A stretch of 64,000 bases of DNA, from assembly GCF_030028105.1 (NCBI RefSeq), contig NC_092384.1, forward strand, positions 16,685,629-16,749,628. Direction: 5' to 3'. This document shows positions 37,413-49,495 of the stretch, in pieces. The stretch's first letter is position 1, and every line of letters starts with the position of its first letter. Position numbers and translations under genes: made by a program. Below the pieces are notes generated by a model. The model was not told the origin of the DNA and searched no databases. It saw only the letters and a list, made by a program, of their open reading frames with translations. Origin of the DNA: Mobula birostris. Lineage: Eukaryota.

Positions 37413-40400
37413 CTATCAATTCCTCTCAGAAGCAAAAAGTAAAACCTGTATCACCAACCGGTTCTCCGCTCTGACGTGCTTCCTCGGAGGTTGTTTTAAT
37501 ACCTAATGGATTAAAAAATACAACACCTTAAATAATAGTGGTAACGTTGGAAAAGTTGAAGTTGCGCAATGGATTGCAATCAAATTTCTTGCCTAAAGGT
37601 GCAACTCCTGACAGCTGTCCAAAATATTATCGGCGCACACTGTGGCCATGAAATGTGTTGTGCATGACCCTTCATGAATGTAGTGGATCTAGATTTTGAT
37701 TGAAAGAGTAGAGTGGCAGTAGCAGAACGTCAGTCATGTTATATCTCAAAAGAACGAAAATATGACAGTAAAAGTATTATTACTTGTGTAAAATCGCCGC
37801 AGGAAGTCACAGCCTGAAAACCCCAGGTGTCTGAAAATCGTGGGTACAAAGGATGATTGGAGAACTTGAGCGAGAATGTAAAATTATCCTGTTATTTATA
37901 ATTAGTATTGTCGAATGTGAATCCGATAATGCCTTGGAAATCTTGATTCTCTCATTATCATTTCCTCTTTCAATCTGCAGAGGTAATAAATGGAAATACT
38001 TGTCAAATCATTCATGTTCTTACCACGTTTTTCCTTAACTCCGATTCTTATCAAAATTATAATCAGCGTTACAATTGCCAGTCCGCCCAATGCACTTCGA
38101 AAAATCAGGATTTTATTGCTGTCTTCCGGATCTGTTAAAAAAAACAAACCGTGAAACATATATAAATGTATAGAGACCGTGAGACAAGAAAGTAGAGCAT
38201 TTTAATAGGTAATTCAGGCCTGAACAAATAAAGATTGCAAGAGACGCAGTATGACACGGGTTTTAAGGTGATGATGGGACTTATGGAGCGAACAGATAAG
38301 CTTACATAGTGGTTCTTTACAGACAGTACTTTTTATTTGCATTAAGAGAATTTTTCTTTTTACTATGCCTTTGCAAATAGTTTAATCGCAACTTCGAAAT
38401 GACATCGTTTCTGTTTCTGAACTTTCACTCGAAAACTCTCTCAACAGATTCCATTAGCAAACAAGAGAAAATGGCTTTTTACCATGTGGAATTTCTCACT
38501 GTAAGAGAACACAAGAAGCATTAATAGAATATCAAATGTCGACTTTTCAGGCCGAGATCCAACATCATGACTTCATCGAGACACCATCTTACCTTGGTCC
38601 TGGATGTAGCTGAAATTGGCAGGCACCGTGAGGGAGACATGCGACACCAGACAGGTGTAAGTATCTTTTCCCAAAGTAGACTGCGTGATTTCCAATAAAC
38701 TAAATGCTTCGTACAAGCCATCCACGCTCCGGTTTGTCACACTTTCTATTCCAGTGCGAATTTGCTTGTTATTTCTTTGCCAAACGATTTCTAAGTTCTC
38801 CGGGTAGAAGGCAGCCGTTTTACAGAGGAGCTTTCGAGGAGACGAAAACCCTCCAACAGGAACAATTTCCACTGGAGTTGGAGGAGCTTGAGTAAAAACA
38901 TAGTTATATTGAGTATTTTCAATCCATATCAGTACAGGTAGATTCCTTTATCTCCCGGCCAAGTAGCATGACGCTCAACTATCAAATTAGTTACCCGCCA
39001 GTATTAACCAGTATTTAATAAGTTCTTTCAACTTCACGTTCTGTTTATTGTTGCTCAACCATATACACACACTCCGAAGCGAACCTTTGTTCTTCTGGGG
39101 CCAAGTTGCAAAATAGTGTATATATAGTCACACACATATAGTCACCATCCAGCACTGACAGTCACAAAATAAGCAAAATAAAATACAGTCAGTTTGGGAG
39201 AAGGATGAAAGGAGAAGTTCAGCGAATGCACCTCGATGGCGAAGCTAAGAGATCCGAAGTGAGGAAGAAGTTCTCTTTTGAATGGCATTTGAGCTTCATT
39301 GCACAGTTGGGCTTGCGGCGGGCGTTAGCTTTGGAAACCAGACTACCTTTGGATTTTTCATTTCGTATCAAAACTGAGCTACAAATCCCAAACTATCACA
39401 GATTTCTATAGTATGAATGCACATGGAGTTTAATATTCTGGCAGCTCAACTGCTTCGGGAGTGTTTCAAGTCCTGGGGTTGAGCTTCCTAGTCATAAACA
39501 TTCAGTAATAGAGCCTTCCCCGGAATGTGAACCATTCCTGGAACTGTTACCCCGTATTGATTGTGACAAATCATCTCCTCCGTGAAACAACCAGGAATGC
39601 AAATGCAAATTGATATTAAGTTCTTTGATTCTATAGTTGTTTTCTTTCTAAAGCCTGAAGACCTGCAGCAAAATGGTCGACAGTGACTTGGCACTGCTAT
39701 AGGATCGTTTATGAAAACGATGCCTTGTAGAGGGTCAATCAGGAATTGAACAACTTCAATTTCACCATGCACAGTGAGACCAATTTTAAGATTTTGTAAA
39801 CGTGGACCACTTCCGCGACAGCTATGGTCGGTGTCTGACAGGGGAGATCAATAGTTAGATCGTTTTATCTGTTTATCACAGCAGTTAGGGTTTCGCTGTG
39901 CCTACAATAGTCATCCTGACCGTTGCCTGACTCCACTTCCCACGCCTATACCGCCGTCAACGTTCTTGGCCTTCTCAAATTCTAGGTGGAGGACAATTCT
40001 AAGGTGAAAAAAAAATGAAGGGATTCTACAGATACATTAAGCATAAAGGGATAGCGACAGACAAAGTTGATCCATTTGAAGATCAGCGGGTTCAACAATA
40101 CATGGAACCGAAAGAACATGAACCTTATATATTTCCATTCGTATTTATTCGGGAGACGTACACAGAGACTAAGGCAAAACAGCAGCAATGTCATGGCCCA
40201 TATACCGATTACAGTCTTGAGGCAGATTAGGGTGTAGCAGTCCCCAGGACATGGCAAAGAGTCCCATCGGACCTTTTCGGAAGCTAGTGCAGAAAGTGAA
40301 AGGGCCCCGATTGAGTATTCAAAATGTTCTTACCCGTGGGTGAAGTGCCGGAGGACCAGAGTAAACTAATGTTTTAATACCATATAACTATAGGATATAG

Positions 40401-43400
40401 GAGCCTAAGCCCACCAAGTTTGCTCTGCCATTTCATCATAGATAATATTTTCTGCTCAGCCCCAATCTCCTGCCTTCTCCCCATAGCTCGTCATGCTCTA
40501 ACCGATCAAGAATCTATCAACCTCTGCTTGAAATATCCATAAAGGCTTGGTCTCCATACCTGCCTGTGGCAAAAAAAAATTCCACAGGTTCTGCACTCTC
40601 TGACCTCTTCATCTCCTCTGCACTCTCCCACCATAGGAAACATCCTCTCCACATCCACGCGATCAAGTACTTTCACCTTTCTTTAGGGTTCAATGCCGTC
40701 GCCCCTGTTTTTCTTTCTGAATTCCAGTGAAGTCAGGCCCAGAGCCATAAAACATTCTTCATATGACTAGCTATTGAATTCTGGAATCATTGTCATGAAC
40801 CTCCTTTGAATCTTCTCCAGTTTCAGCATATTCTTTCCAAGATAGGGGGCCTAAAACTGCTCACAATACGCCGTGACGCCTCACCAGTGCTTTATAAAGT
40901 CTGAATATTACATCCTTGCTTTTATATTCTAGTCCTCTTGAAATGAATGCGATCATTGGATTTGCCTTCCTGACCACGGACCCAACCTGCAAATTAACCT
41001 GTATGGAATACTGCACACGGACTCGCAAGTCCCTTACCACCTCAATGTTTTTTTGTGTTTTCTCTCCAGTTGGAAAATATTCAAAACTTTCACACCCTCC
41101 ACCAAACTGCATGACCGCACACTTCTCGATACTGTATTCTATCTGCCATTTCTTTGCCTGTCCTCCTAATCTGTCTCAGTCTTTCTGTAGCCTCTCTATT
41201 TCCTAAAACTACCTGCGCGTCCACCTCTCTTCATATCGTCTGCAAACTTTGCAACAAAGCCATCAATTCCACCATCCTTATCATTGACATATAACATTAA
41301 ACGAATCGGTCACTGCACAGACCCCTGTGGAACACCGTTAGTCACGGGCAGCCAACCAGAAAATACTCCCTTTATTCCCATTCTTTGTCTCTTACAAACC
41401 GGCCACTGCTTTATCCACCCTAGAATCTTTCCTGATATACTTTCGGCTCGTAGCTTGTTTAACAGCCTTGTGTGTGGTACCTTGTCAAAGTCCTTCTGAA
41501 AATCCAAGTACACAGCAACTGATTCTGCCTATCTTTATCTATCCTGCTTTTCATTCCGTCAAATAATTCAATCAGATTTGGCTGGCGAGAGTTTCCTTTG
41601 AAGAAATCATGCTGACAATGGTGTGTTTTATTGTGTGTCTCTAAGTAACCTAACACCTGATCCTTAATGATGGACTCCAACATCTTGACAACCAGTGAGG
41701 TTAGAGTGACTGGCCTATAGTTTCCACTTTCTGCCTCTCTGCCTTCTTGAAGACTGGAGTGACATTTGCAATTTTCCATTCTTCCAGAACCATTCCAGAA
41801 TCTAGTAATTCTCGGAAGACCTTTACTGATGCCTCCAGAATCTCTCAGCAACTTCTATCAGAATCATGGTATGTACATAATCTGGTCTAGGTGAATTACC
41901 TACTTTCAGACCTTTCAGTTTCCCAGGAACTTGCTCTCCAATTATCTCCCTAGTTTTGCCGTTGTTCTAGATAGACTCTCGGAAGAAACCAGCTAGTCTA
42001 TAATATAGTTGGTATTACAGTGAAGTGGGTAATTTATTGGAAGGTAATTCCAAAGATTGGGATACATAAATATTTAGATAGACTGGGCTTGTTTGGGAAT
42101 AAGCAACATTATTTTGTGCAATGTAGGCTCTGTCTAACCAATCTTAATGAGCTTTTCGAGCGGGTTACCATGGATCTTGATGAAGGATAACAGTGGATAT
42201 GGTCAACATGGATTTTAGCAAGAATTTTGGAAAAGTTTGGGGGGTGGTGGGCTGATCAAGTACGTTCGCTTGGCATTCAGGATGAAGGAGTAAGTTGTGT
42301 CTAACGTTGGCTTCGCGGGAGAAGCCAGAGTATGGTAGTAGATGGTTGGTTTTTGATCGTAGGCCTTTGACTGGTGGTGTGCCGCATGGCGATCAAAGCT
42401 TGCAGCGGGTTATGGACCAGGTGTAAGAATGCGCTGAAAATGGCAGATAGGATTTAATGAAGGTAATTGTAAACTGTTGTTCTTTGAGAAGACAAACCAT
42501 TCTCTGATATACACAGTGAACGAGACTGGCATTGACGAGTGCGGTAAAAAAAATCTTGGAATTATAGATCGATAATTCATTGAAAATGGAGTCAAAGGCG
42601 GATGGTATCGTAAAGATAACCTTTGTCATATTGGCCTTCATATATCAGAGTATTGAGTGTGGAAGTTGGGATGCTATGCTGAAGTTGTATTAGACGTCAG
42701 TGAGAAAAAATTTGGACTATTGTTCGCAGTTCTGGTTACCTATCTGCAGGAAAGTTATCAATATGATTAAATGAGTAGAAAGAAAACTTACAAGATGTGG
42801 CATGAATTTGAGGACATGAATTATGAGGAAAGTTTAACAGGTAAAGATTTTTTTTCCATCATTCGTAAGAGAACGAGCGAACATTTCATAGAGGTATACG
42901 AAATTATGAGGGATGTAGATATGGTGCATGTAAGCCGGCATCATCCACTGAGGTTGGGTGAGAATGTAATTGGAATTCATAGCTCCAGGGTGAAATGAGA
43001 AGTATTAAAGGCGAACCTGAGGGGAAACGTCTTTACTTAGACGGTGAAGCTATTGGGGAGTGAGCTGCCAGCGGAGGTGTTTGCGCTCGACTCTCTACGC
43101 TTTACTATTCAACCCTATCAAAATTCACCTTAACCTGAGAGGTCTATATTTCTCACAATTTATATGGTGAAAGAAGTATAGATTTTGCTAACCCTGCATA
43201 ACAAAAGTTGGAATGACATTTTGCAGTGCATGTAACAAATTGTTACTTGATGTTAGAATTAACTCGTTTGGAGCTGGGTCTACCTGTTGATGCGGAAATG
43301 GAGCATTGTGCTGCTGCATGCAGACCCTTTGATCGAGATTACTCTATTTAAGTATTAACATTTGGCGTCCTCTGTGCTGAGGCATCGAGTTATCCAACTC

Positions 43401-44396
43401 CAGCCATTCACATTAATATTAATATTATTTCAGCCTCTTGCTTGCAACACAATCCTAACCTTGCTTGAAAAGTAATTCGTTGTATTCAAAGTACCTTCGC
43501 GATAATGAGGGTAAAGTCCTAAGCTATCACTAACCTTGGACATTCGGTTTAATTGGGAGATAGCTGATGAGCAGGGCTGGACGAACAGCAGTGGGGAAAG
43601 AGCCGGGGAAGTACGATACGATAAACAGAATCAACTCCACTATGCGCCTAATAGTTGCTACATGAAATGTGATTAATTTTTCTGTTCTTTATAATTCTGA
43701 ATTTAGAATCCCTGGACTGGGCTATATCTTAACGCGGTTTGTTTTATCAAGTAGAAACATATCGTTTTCTCCTCATCACTAAGTTTGATGTAAAATGCAC
43801 AGAGCCGAAAATCTCCAAACAGCCGCACTCACCGAACACAGTGAACTTGGTGCCAGCTCCAGTCCCTAAATATTGTTCCTGAAACTTTACTGTACAGTAA
43901 TACATTCCAGAGTCGGCGAATTTGACATTCCAGAGTACAAGTGTTCCTCTTCCCCTTTCTACAGTAAATTGTCTTCTGCTGTCCCTTTCTAAAAACCCCT
44001 TCTCGCTTTTCCTCCACCAACGAACGTCAACGGTATCTTGTGATAGTGGAAATTTGCAGAACATGGTAACATTCGCACCACTCGGGACGTTCAGGTCCCG
44101 AGGGAATTGAGATACTTCGTTCGCAGTTACTTTGACGACTGCCGAAAAAATAAGCAAGAGTATTAATAACAGTTAAACACAGTGAATTAACAAAAACTGA
44201 TGACGTAAGTGACTGGACATCTAAGAGCGAAAGACGGCCGAATAGATGAAAAACGGTAACCGAATATGCTGCAGGCACCCAGGGTTAAATATTATGAAAT
44301 AGAATATTCAATTCGGAAACGGCGTGTATAAATCAGCATACTTAGCCAAGTAATAGCCAGAAGTGCCATGTACGAAACCGTAAACTTCTCCGCCAT
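37318..44396 (-). CDS. Ig-superfamily type I receptor: leader - germline-joined VJ-type domain - C1-set domain - TM (Arg) - cytoplasmic tail (NCR3/NKp30-, NCR3LG1- or VJC1-like); ~285 aa if last exon is correct
   Basis: join(44396-44342, 44138-43833, 38886-38593, 38131-38024, tentative 37412-37318). All junctions are phase 1 with GT-AG and there are no stops. Orthology not established. Confidence 0.85.
38024..38131 (-). CDS. Stalk + transmembrane exon
   Basis: Acceptor ttttttttaacAG; DPEDSNK-ILIFRSALGGLAIVTLIIILIRIG-VKEKR; donor GTAAGA. Confidence 0.88.
38593..38886 (-). CDS. C1-set exon
   Basis: APPTPVEI..KLLCKTAAFYPENLEIVW..DGLYEAFSLLEI..YTCLVSHVSL; acceptor tttttactcaAG; donor GTAAGA. 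Confidence 0.92.
40015..43085. mobile_element. Cluster of decayed CR1 fragments in both orientations in the V-C1 intron
   Basis: GNYRPVTLTSLV and YLDFQKDFDKVPH on - (41310-41851); SRGLEYKSKDV on - (40861-41112); + strand fragments at 40015-40330 and 42030-43085. Confidence 0.8.
43833..44138 (-). CDS. V-set exon with built-in J-like G strand
   Basis: Acceptor ttttttcggcAG; MFC..VRWWR..DSGMYYC..YLGTGAGTKFTVF; donor GTGAGT. Confidence 0.93.
44342..44396 (-). CDS. Receptor leader exon
   Basis: aagATGGcg context; MAEKFTVSYMALLAITWL; donor GTATGC. Joins to IVKVTA/NEVSQ, a plausible signal cleavage site. Confidence 0.75.
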
Positions 44397-44399
44397 CTT

Positions 44400-44545
44400 A
44401 CAGAAACCAAATCGACCAATTCTTGCAATGCAAGTGGTATCTTAAACAATTTTCTGGAGGAAAAGGACTTCGTGAGGAAATGTATTAATTATGTAAACAT
44501 GACGCAGGTGACGCCACCGCCAGGCAGAATAATGTGGTTCAGATT
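44400..44545 (-). promoter_or_regulatory. Putative proximal promoter of the receptor gene
   Basis: ETS-like GAGGAA ~44474, E-box CAGGTG ~44506, RUNX TGTGGTT 44533-44539. Short motifs, weak evidence. Confidence 0.3.
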
Positions 44546-47500
44546 TAAACCCTGTCTCGGCTGGGACGAAAATAAGAATTCTTACAATTCTAATTTTTAC
44601 ATGGCCTACCTAATGCTTCCGTGATTATGTTGGAAATCTTGACCTCTTGCTGATTACAAGAATTATCCACATCTTTATTGAGATATAAATTCAAATCTGT
44701 ACTCTGCGCATTTTGATGGTAAAGATGGAAATCCGCTTAGGAGTTGAAAAATGTCTAATAAGATTGGCGGACAAAAATAATAACAATATTTCTTCATTCC
44801 AATTTACCTTTGCAGCTTTGCTCCATTTCAATCATATACCTTCAGTCAAATGGCACCCTGCGGGTTTCTCTAGTAAAGCAGTTACGCTCATGCGGCCAAA
44901 AGTCTTTAAGCTGCGACGGGTGCGGACGGTGTTACATAAATGAAAAATTTGCTTCTCTTGATAATTTCATTTAGGGTTTGGTTATAACGGTTCGATTAAT
45001 GAACTACTGCTTAATGTCTGGATTGCAAAACAAAACGGAAATGATGAACGAGCCTGGTTTGAACAGCAAGTACATTCCTCCGGACGTCGAAATGCACATG
45101 TCTCCTGCACAATGTATGATTTTGGATTCTGAGCACTGATGACAAAGAGAAATGACATATAGCCGTGTATTCTGTCTATTACTCCAGCAATTTTCATGTA
45201 ATTTAAATGCTTAAGTTTCATGAAACAAAAGCATATAATGTGAAACCTTTATAAATTAATTCCAGTGACAGATTTCAATCTGTTTTCTCAAAGTAGGCCG
45301 CATATTATTCAGGTTCCTTACTCGCTGCTGTGATCAGTTCGCACGTAGAACTCTGAACAGCAGCAGCAAATGTTGTCTGTGATAGAAATAGATTCGGCGT
45401 ATAGGATGTTGATCACATAAGGAGTGAGCGTAGAGTTCAAACAGCAAGTTATTCAGTTTAATGATGACAGAGATTGAAGAGGTACTGCGATAGAATCTAT
45501 AAAGGGCGCATCGAGGAAGCCTCAAATGATTGATTGCAGTTCCGAGGCTCCATTTTAAATCCAATAAACACGAGCAGTTCCATTGGGAGAAATGCTGCTC
45601 TTTCAAATATCTCCTACAGTTCCACAAGGTAAACGGGAGACAACAGGATAGTCAATCGAGCAAAAATTTTAACCGGATACAGAAAAAAAAGGTCAACTCG
45701 CACCCATGTGTCTAACCTGGTAGGGCAGAAATTGTTATCCATTTATAAAATGACAACACTGAATATTCAAAGGCATCATGGTTGGCAATGAAACAATACT
45801 GATCTTCCACATGATTCATACGAACGGAGTTAAGATTCTGATTACCATGTCAGACACCTCGCCATTTTGAGCAGTTACATTTCCGAATTTCCACGCAGCG
45901 GTGGGAATGTTATGCCTTTTTCATAGAAGCTTTGTCACCATTATTAAATTGTATCTCCTGTCTTCTTAGATCTGAAATTATGTAGCTGCTTGGGGCGTAA
46001 AGTTGTTCACAGGTAACACGAATTTTGTCAATTGGATCCCACGGGATGTAATTGAGGTCTGTCTGTTGAGGAGTTTATCCGGGAGTGGATATGGACGTTG
46101 TGAACCTTATCCTGCTGTGGATCTGATGAATAGAAAGAGACAATTCTAATGAGGGAGAGCTTAGTTTTACGTTACAGGTAACTTGTGATGCCGAATACAA
46201 AAATGTGTCTGCGGCAGAAAACGCTATTTCCAGAAGGTAAGTTTTCTGTCGAGATTTCTGCCTTGATCTTCAGATATTCCTTTTTCTCGACAGATAAATA
46301 CCAAAGATGAGAGTACTCTGATTAGTTCCCCATGAACCACTCTCTGTTCTCCATTAGTCCATTCTTCATGTGGCGTAAGAATAGAGCAGTAACTTAGACC
46401 AGTTACTAAGCACTTCAAAACAAGTTTGCTGATAAAAATTGGCCTCGGTTGAGCACGGTTGGGATTATCATGGTAGCTCTTAGGTGACAAATTGAATAAC
46501 GATGCTGATCATTTTCAGTTTTAAATGCTTTAGAGGTAAACCCCACATCTCTATGTTTTCACCAGCATAAATTTGTTCAGCGCTAAATGGGCCGGAAAAG
46601 CAAGGGTAAGTAGAAGACATTTTGTTTTTTCAATTTATTGGTTTTTTGATTTCAAATGCTTGAATACATGACATTCTCAGAAAAATCAATATGTTTTTAA
46701 ATGTCAAGCACAGCTTTGGTTAGGCCAAAGGATTGACTGTAAATCTAGATTTCTAATTTGTGAGACAATTTTGTCCACCCGACGAGATATCCTTTATAAT
46801 ATTGCGCCTTTAAATGTCTCTGCCTTCATTACAAACATATTCCGAAATGTTTTCAACAAGGTTCTTCTAGGATAAATGTTTCAACTGAGTGTTGATTATT
46901 CTTTAATAGATAATAGGGAGCTTAATTGAAGTTAGTTGACTGCAAAATTAAAGCTACTGTTTGATACTACTGTGTGGAAGTCACAGGAAACAATCAGGAA
47001 GCCAGGTAGTGTCTGCTGAGAGAAATAGTGTGAACACTTCAAGTTGATAATTTTTCACTAGCTCATGAAGAGAAATGATTTGTAATTTCCCCTTTTCATA
47101 GAAGGTTCCTGATGTTTTCTGCTTAATTTCGGATTGCAAACATCTGCAACCTGTTTTCCATTAATTGCCCTGCTTTCCAATAAATGATCAAACTTGATAT
47201 GAGCCGAATACAAAAGCGACATGACCTTACTTCCCCTTTCACTCAAAAGTATCGTGGAAAACCTTAGATTAAGAAGCAACTCTCGCATTGGCTGCGCCAG
47301 AGACTTTTTGATGCTGGTGCTACAGTGGAGCTGAATTATTTTGTGATGGTGCTGAGGGATGTACCCTATAGTAATATGTATTCGCAAGGCCAGACACGTG
47401 GCGTTCAAAAGTCATTTTCAAGCATTATGTGCCTACTATAAATGCCTCTGTTGATTCACAAGCAAAAGCAATTGATAGATCTAATATAGAAGTGAACTGT

Positions 47501-47940
47501 GACAGGATCGACAGCATCGGAGACACCCCGGGCTACACAGAGTATAAACAAACAAACCAACAGAGCATCCGACCCACAGCGCACAACGTGACTCACGCAC
47601 CAATCCCGCAATCAGCGTCAAATGCGTGCTTTTCAACTGAAAGACACAACGCTAACCCACAATGTCCAATGCTATTCGCATTTCATAGACAGACAATGCC
47701 AAAAGATACACTGTTATTAAAGTCAAATAAGGCAAATAACAGATGCAAGGCCTTACCAGGAGTTGGACAAATCATACTCTGACCATGCAATGCCTCAATT
47801 AATTCGGCTATTGAATTTAAAACAAAAATCAACAGAATCACCGCTTGGAAGTCTAAGCAAAACCAGTAGGCATAATAGCAGTAAATGTAATATTTTAGGA
47901 TTTGTGGGAAACATAAGGACTATGGGATATCCACCACAAA

Positions 47941-47982
<42 letters not shown>
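47941..47982 (+). repeat. (AAT)14 microsatellite
   Basis: Direct reading. Confidence 0.95.
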
Positions 47983-47999
47983 CAGCATTAGTCTTGGCC

Positions 48000-49026
48000 G
48001 ACATTTAAAAAAAAGTCAACTGCACTTACCATTGATGTTTTCAGAGAAGCACAATCCGTCTGTTGTTGTGATTGGCGGTGAAAGCGTCAATGATTTTCAG
48101 GATGTCAAGTGCTTTGGTCCTCCGGCTGTTTATGGCCAACAGGGCCATGTTGCTGTTCTGAACATCGCCACTGCTATTCTTTAGGTAGTTTTTGAGGCGT
48201 CGGAGGCAAGAGAAACTCCGTTCGCATGAGGCAGATGTCAAAGGTAGCGTCAGTGATATGCAGATTAGTTTGTATAAGTCTATAAATGCATCGCGTTAGG
48301 GTCTCATTAGAGCTAGAAATTCCACTGTCCTTGCTAGAGACTCAACCACTGCTCTCATATACTCACGATTTTCTTGGACAATCTTTGCATGTTTCCTAAT
48401 CTTGAACCATCTTGTTTTCTCAATCTGAATTCAGCCCGTGCCTCCATAACAAACTTATGAGCTACACTTGAATGGTGGGTTTTGAAAGCTATTGTAGCTT
48501 TCCGCGAGTTGTGATAATCGGTGACAGTGAAGGTAGACTCGGAATGGAACCCATGTCCTCCACACAGGAAATGCCTGCATGCGAAGCAGAATGTAGTATC
48601 TTTCGTGATCGAATATTTCAGTCAGTCAAACCAGCCACGAATAAAGCTCCTTTGCTGATTGTCAAACTGTTGCGAGTAGCGAAGGTTACTTTCTCAATGC
48701 TGACCGACGGGGTCCTTCTTCAGGCTGCTGGCTAACATCGCTAACATTATTCCCGCTCGCACTAAGAGCAACTTCATCCACGTTCTCTTCCAAATCCCGC
48801 TCCATTTCTTGTTCCTCTACTTCGCCCTCACACTCCTTCGATGAACTGCTGTCGCCCTCATCCCCACTTACTTCTTTCTGCATGTCACTTTCTATTCAGA
48901 CAGGCTCAGGCTGAGACACCACTGATCCCTCTGGATGAGATCGTTTTCTCCCTAAAAATCGATCCATTTTTCACGCCGGCCAGAATAATGCACGTGCCAG
49001 GCCCACACTAGCTTGTAAAAGCACAA

Positions 49027-49089
<63 letters not shown>

Positions 49090-49495
49090 GGGGGTGCACC
49101 CGTTAGTCTCGCGAGACCATGGATCTGCGCCTGGATGTATACTGTCAATCTCTCGCGTGAGTGAGAGTGAGTGACATCACCACCTTAAGTGATCTCAGAT
49201 CAGTTTCTGAGGACAGTAACGGCAAGACATTGACAACGAACGAATAAGCAGAAGTGTAGGGTGGATCTTACAGAGCTTATAACTTTATTGCTGTGTGGGT
49301 GCTATGGTAGCTGGGGGCGCTGTTTCACTATATCAACTGGAGAAACAAGCTGTATTCAAAACTATACAGAGAAAGCAAAGCAGCTGCAATTTGTATATGA
49401 AATTTCAGTTAATTTCTTGGTGGTGCTACGGTGGTGCTATTATAATTTCTGTTGGGGCTAGAGCACCAGTTAGCACCACCTTAGCGCCGCCCCTG
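48000..49495 (-). mobile_element. Internally deleted hAT transposon (ZMYM1-like, TTF zinc finger + C-terminal dimerisation domain)
   Basis: TIR-like CAGGGGCGGCGCTAAGG on - from 49495; QRSFIRGWFD*LKYS...FCFACRHF...FKTHHSSVAH; TSASCERSFSCLRRLKNYL...ALLAI. Other TIR not found. Confidence 0.8.
49030..49086 (+). repeat. (GT)~28 microsatellite
   Basis: Direct reading. Confidence 0.95.

Noticed and set aside
37975-38023. Strong acceptor just after the TM exon giving a VKEKRD* tail
   Set aside because: The intron would be only 49 nt, too short for typical vertebrate splicing.
39767-39800. CACAGTG in the V-C1 intron
   Set aside because: No nonamer at 12 or 23 spacing.
43837-43843. CACAGTG heptamer at the end of the VJ exon
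   Set aside because: Arises from F-T-V codons; no nonamer at 12 or 23 spacing.
47840-47914. Signal-peptide-like MFPTNPKILHLLLLCLLVLLRLPS as receptor leader
   Set aside because: Weak donor (GTGATT) and adjacent to a hAT remnant; the 44396-44342 exon has a better start context, donor and position. Not excluded as an alternative first exon.
47795-48004. ORF with poly-Tyr
   Set aside because: Translation of the (AAT)14 microsatellite.
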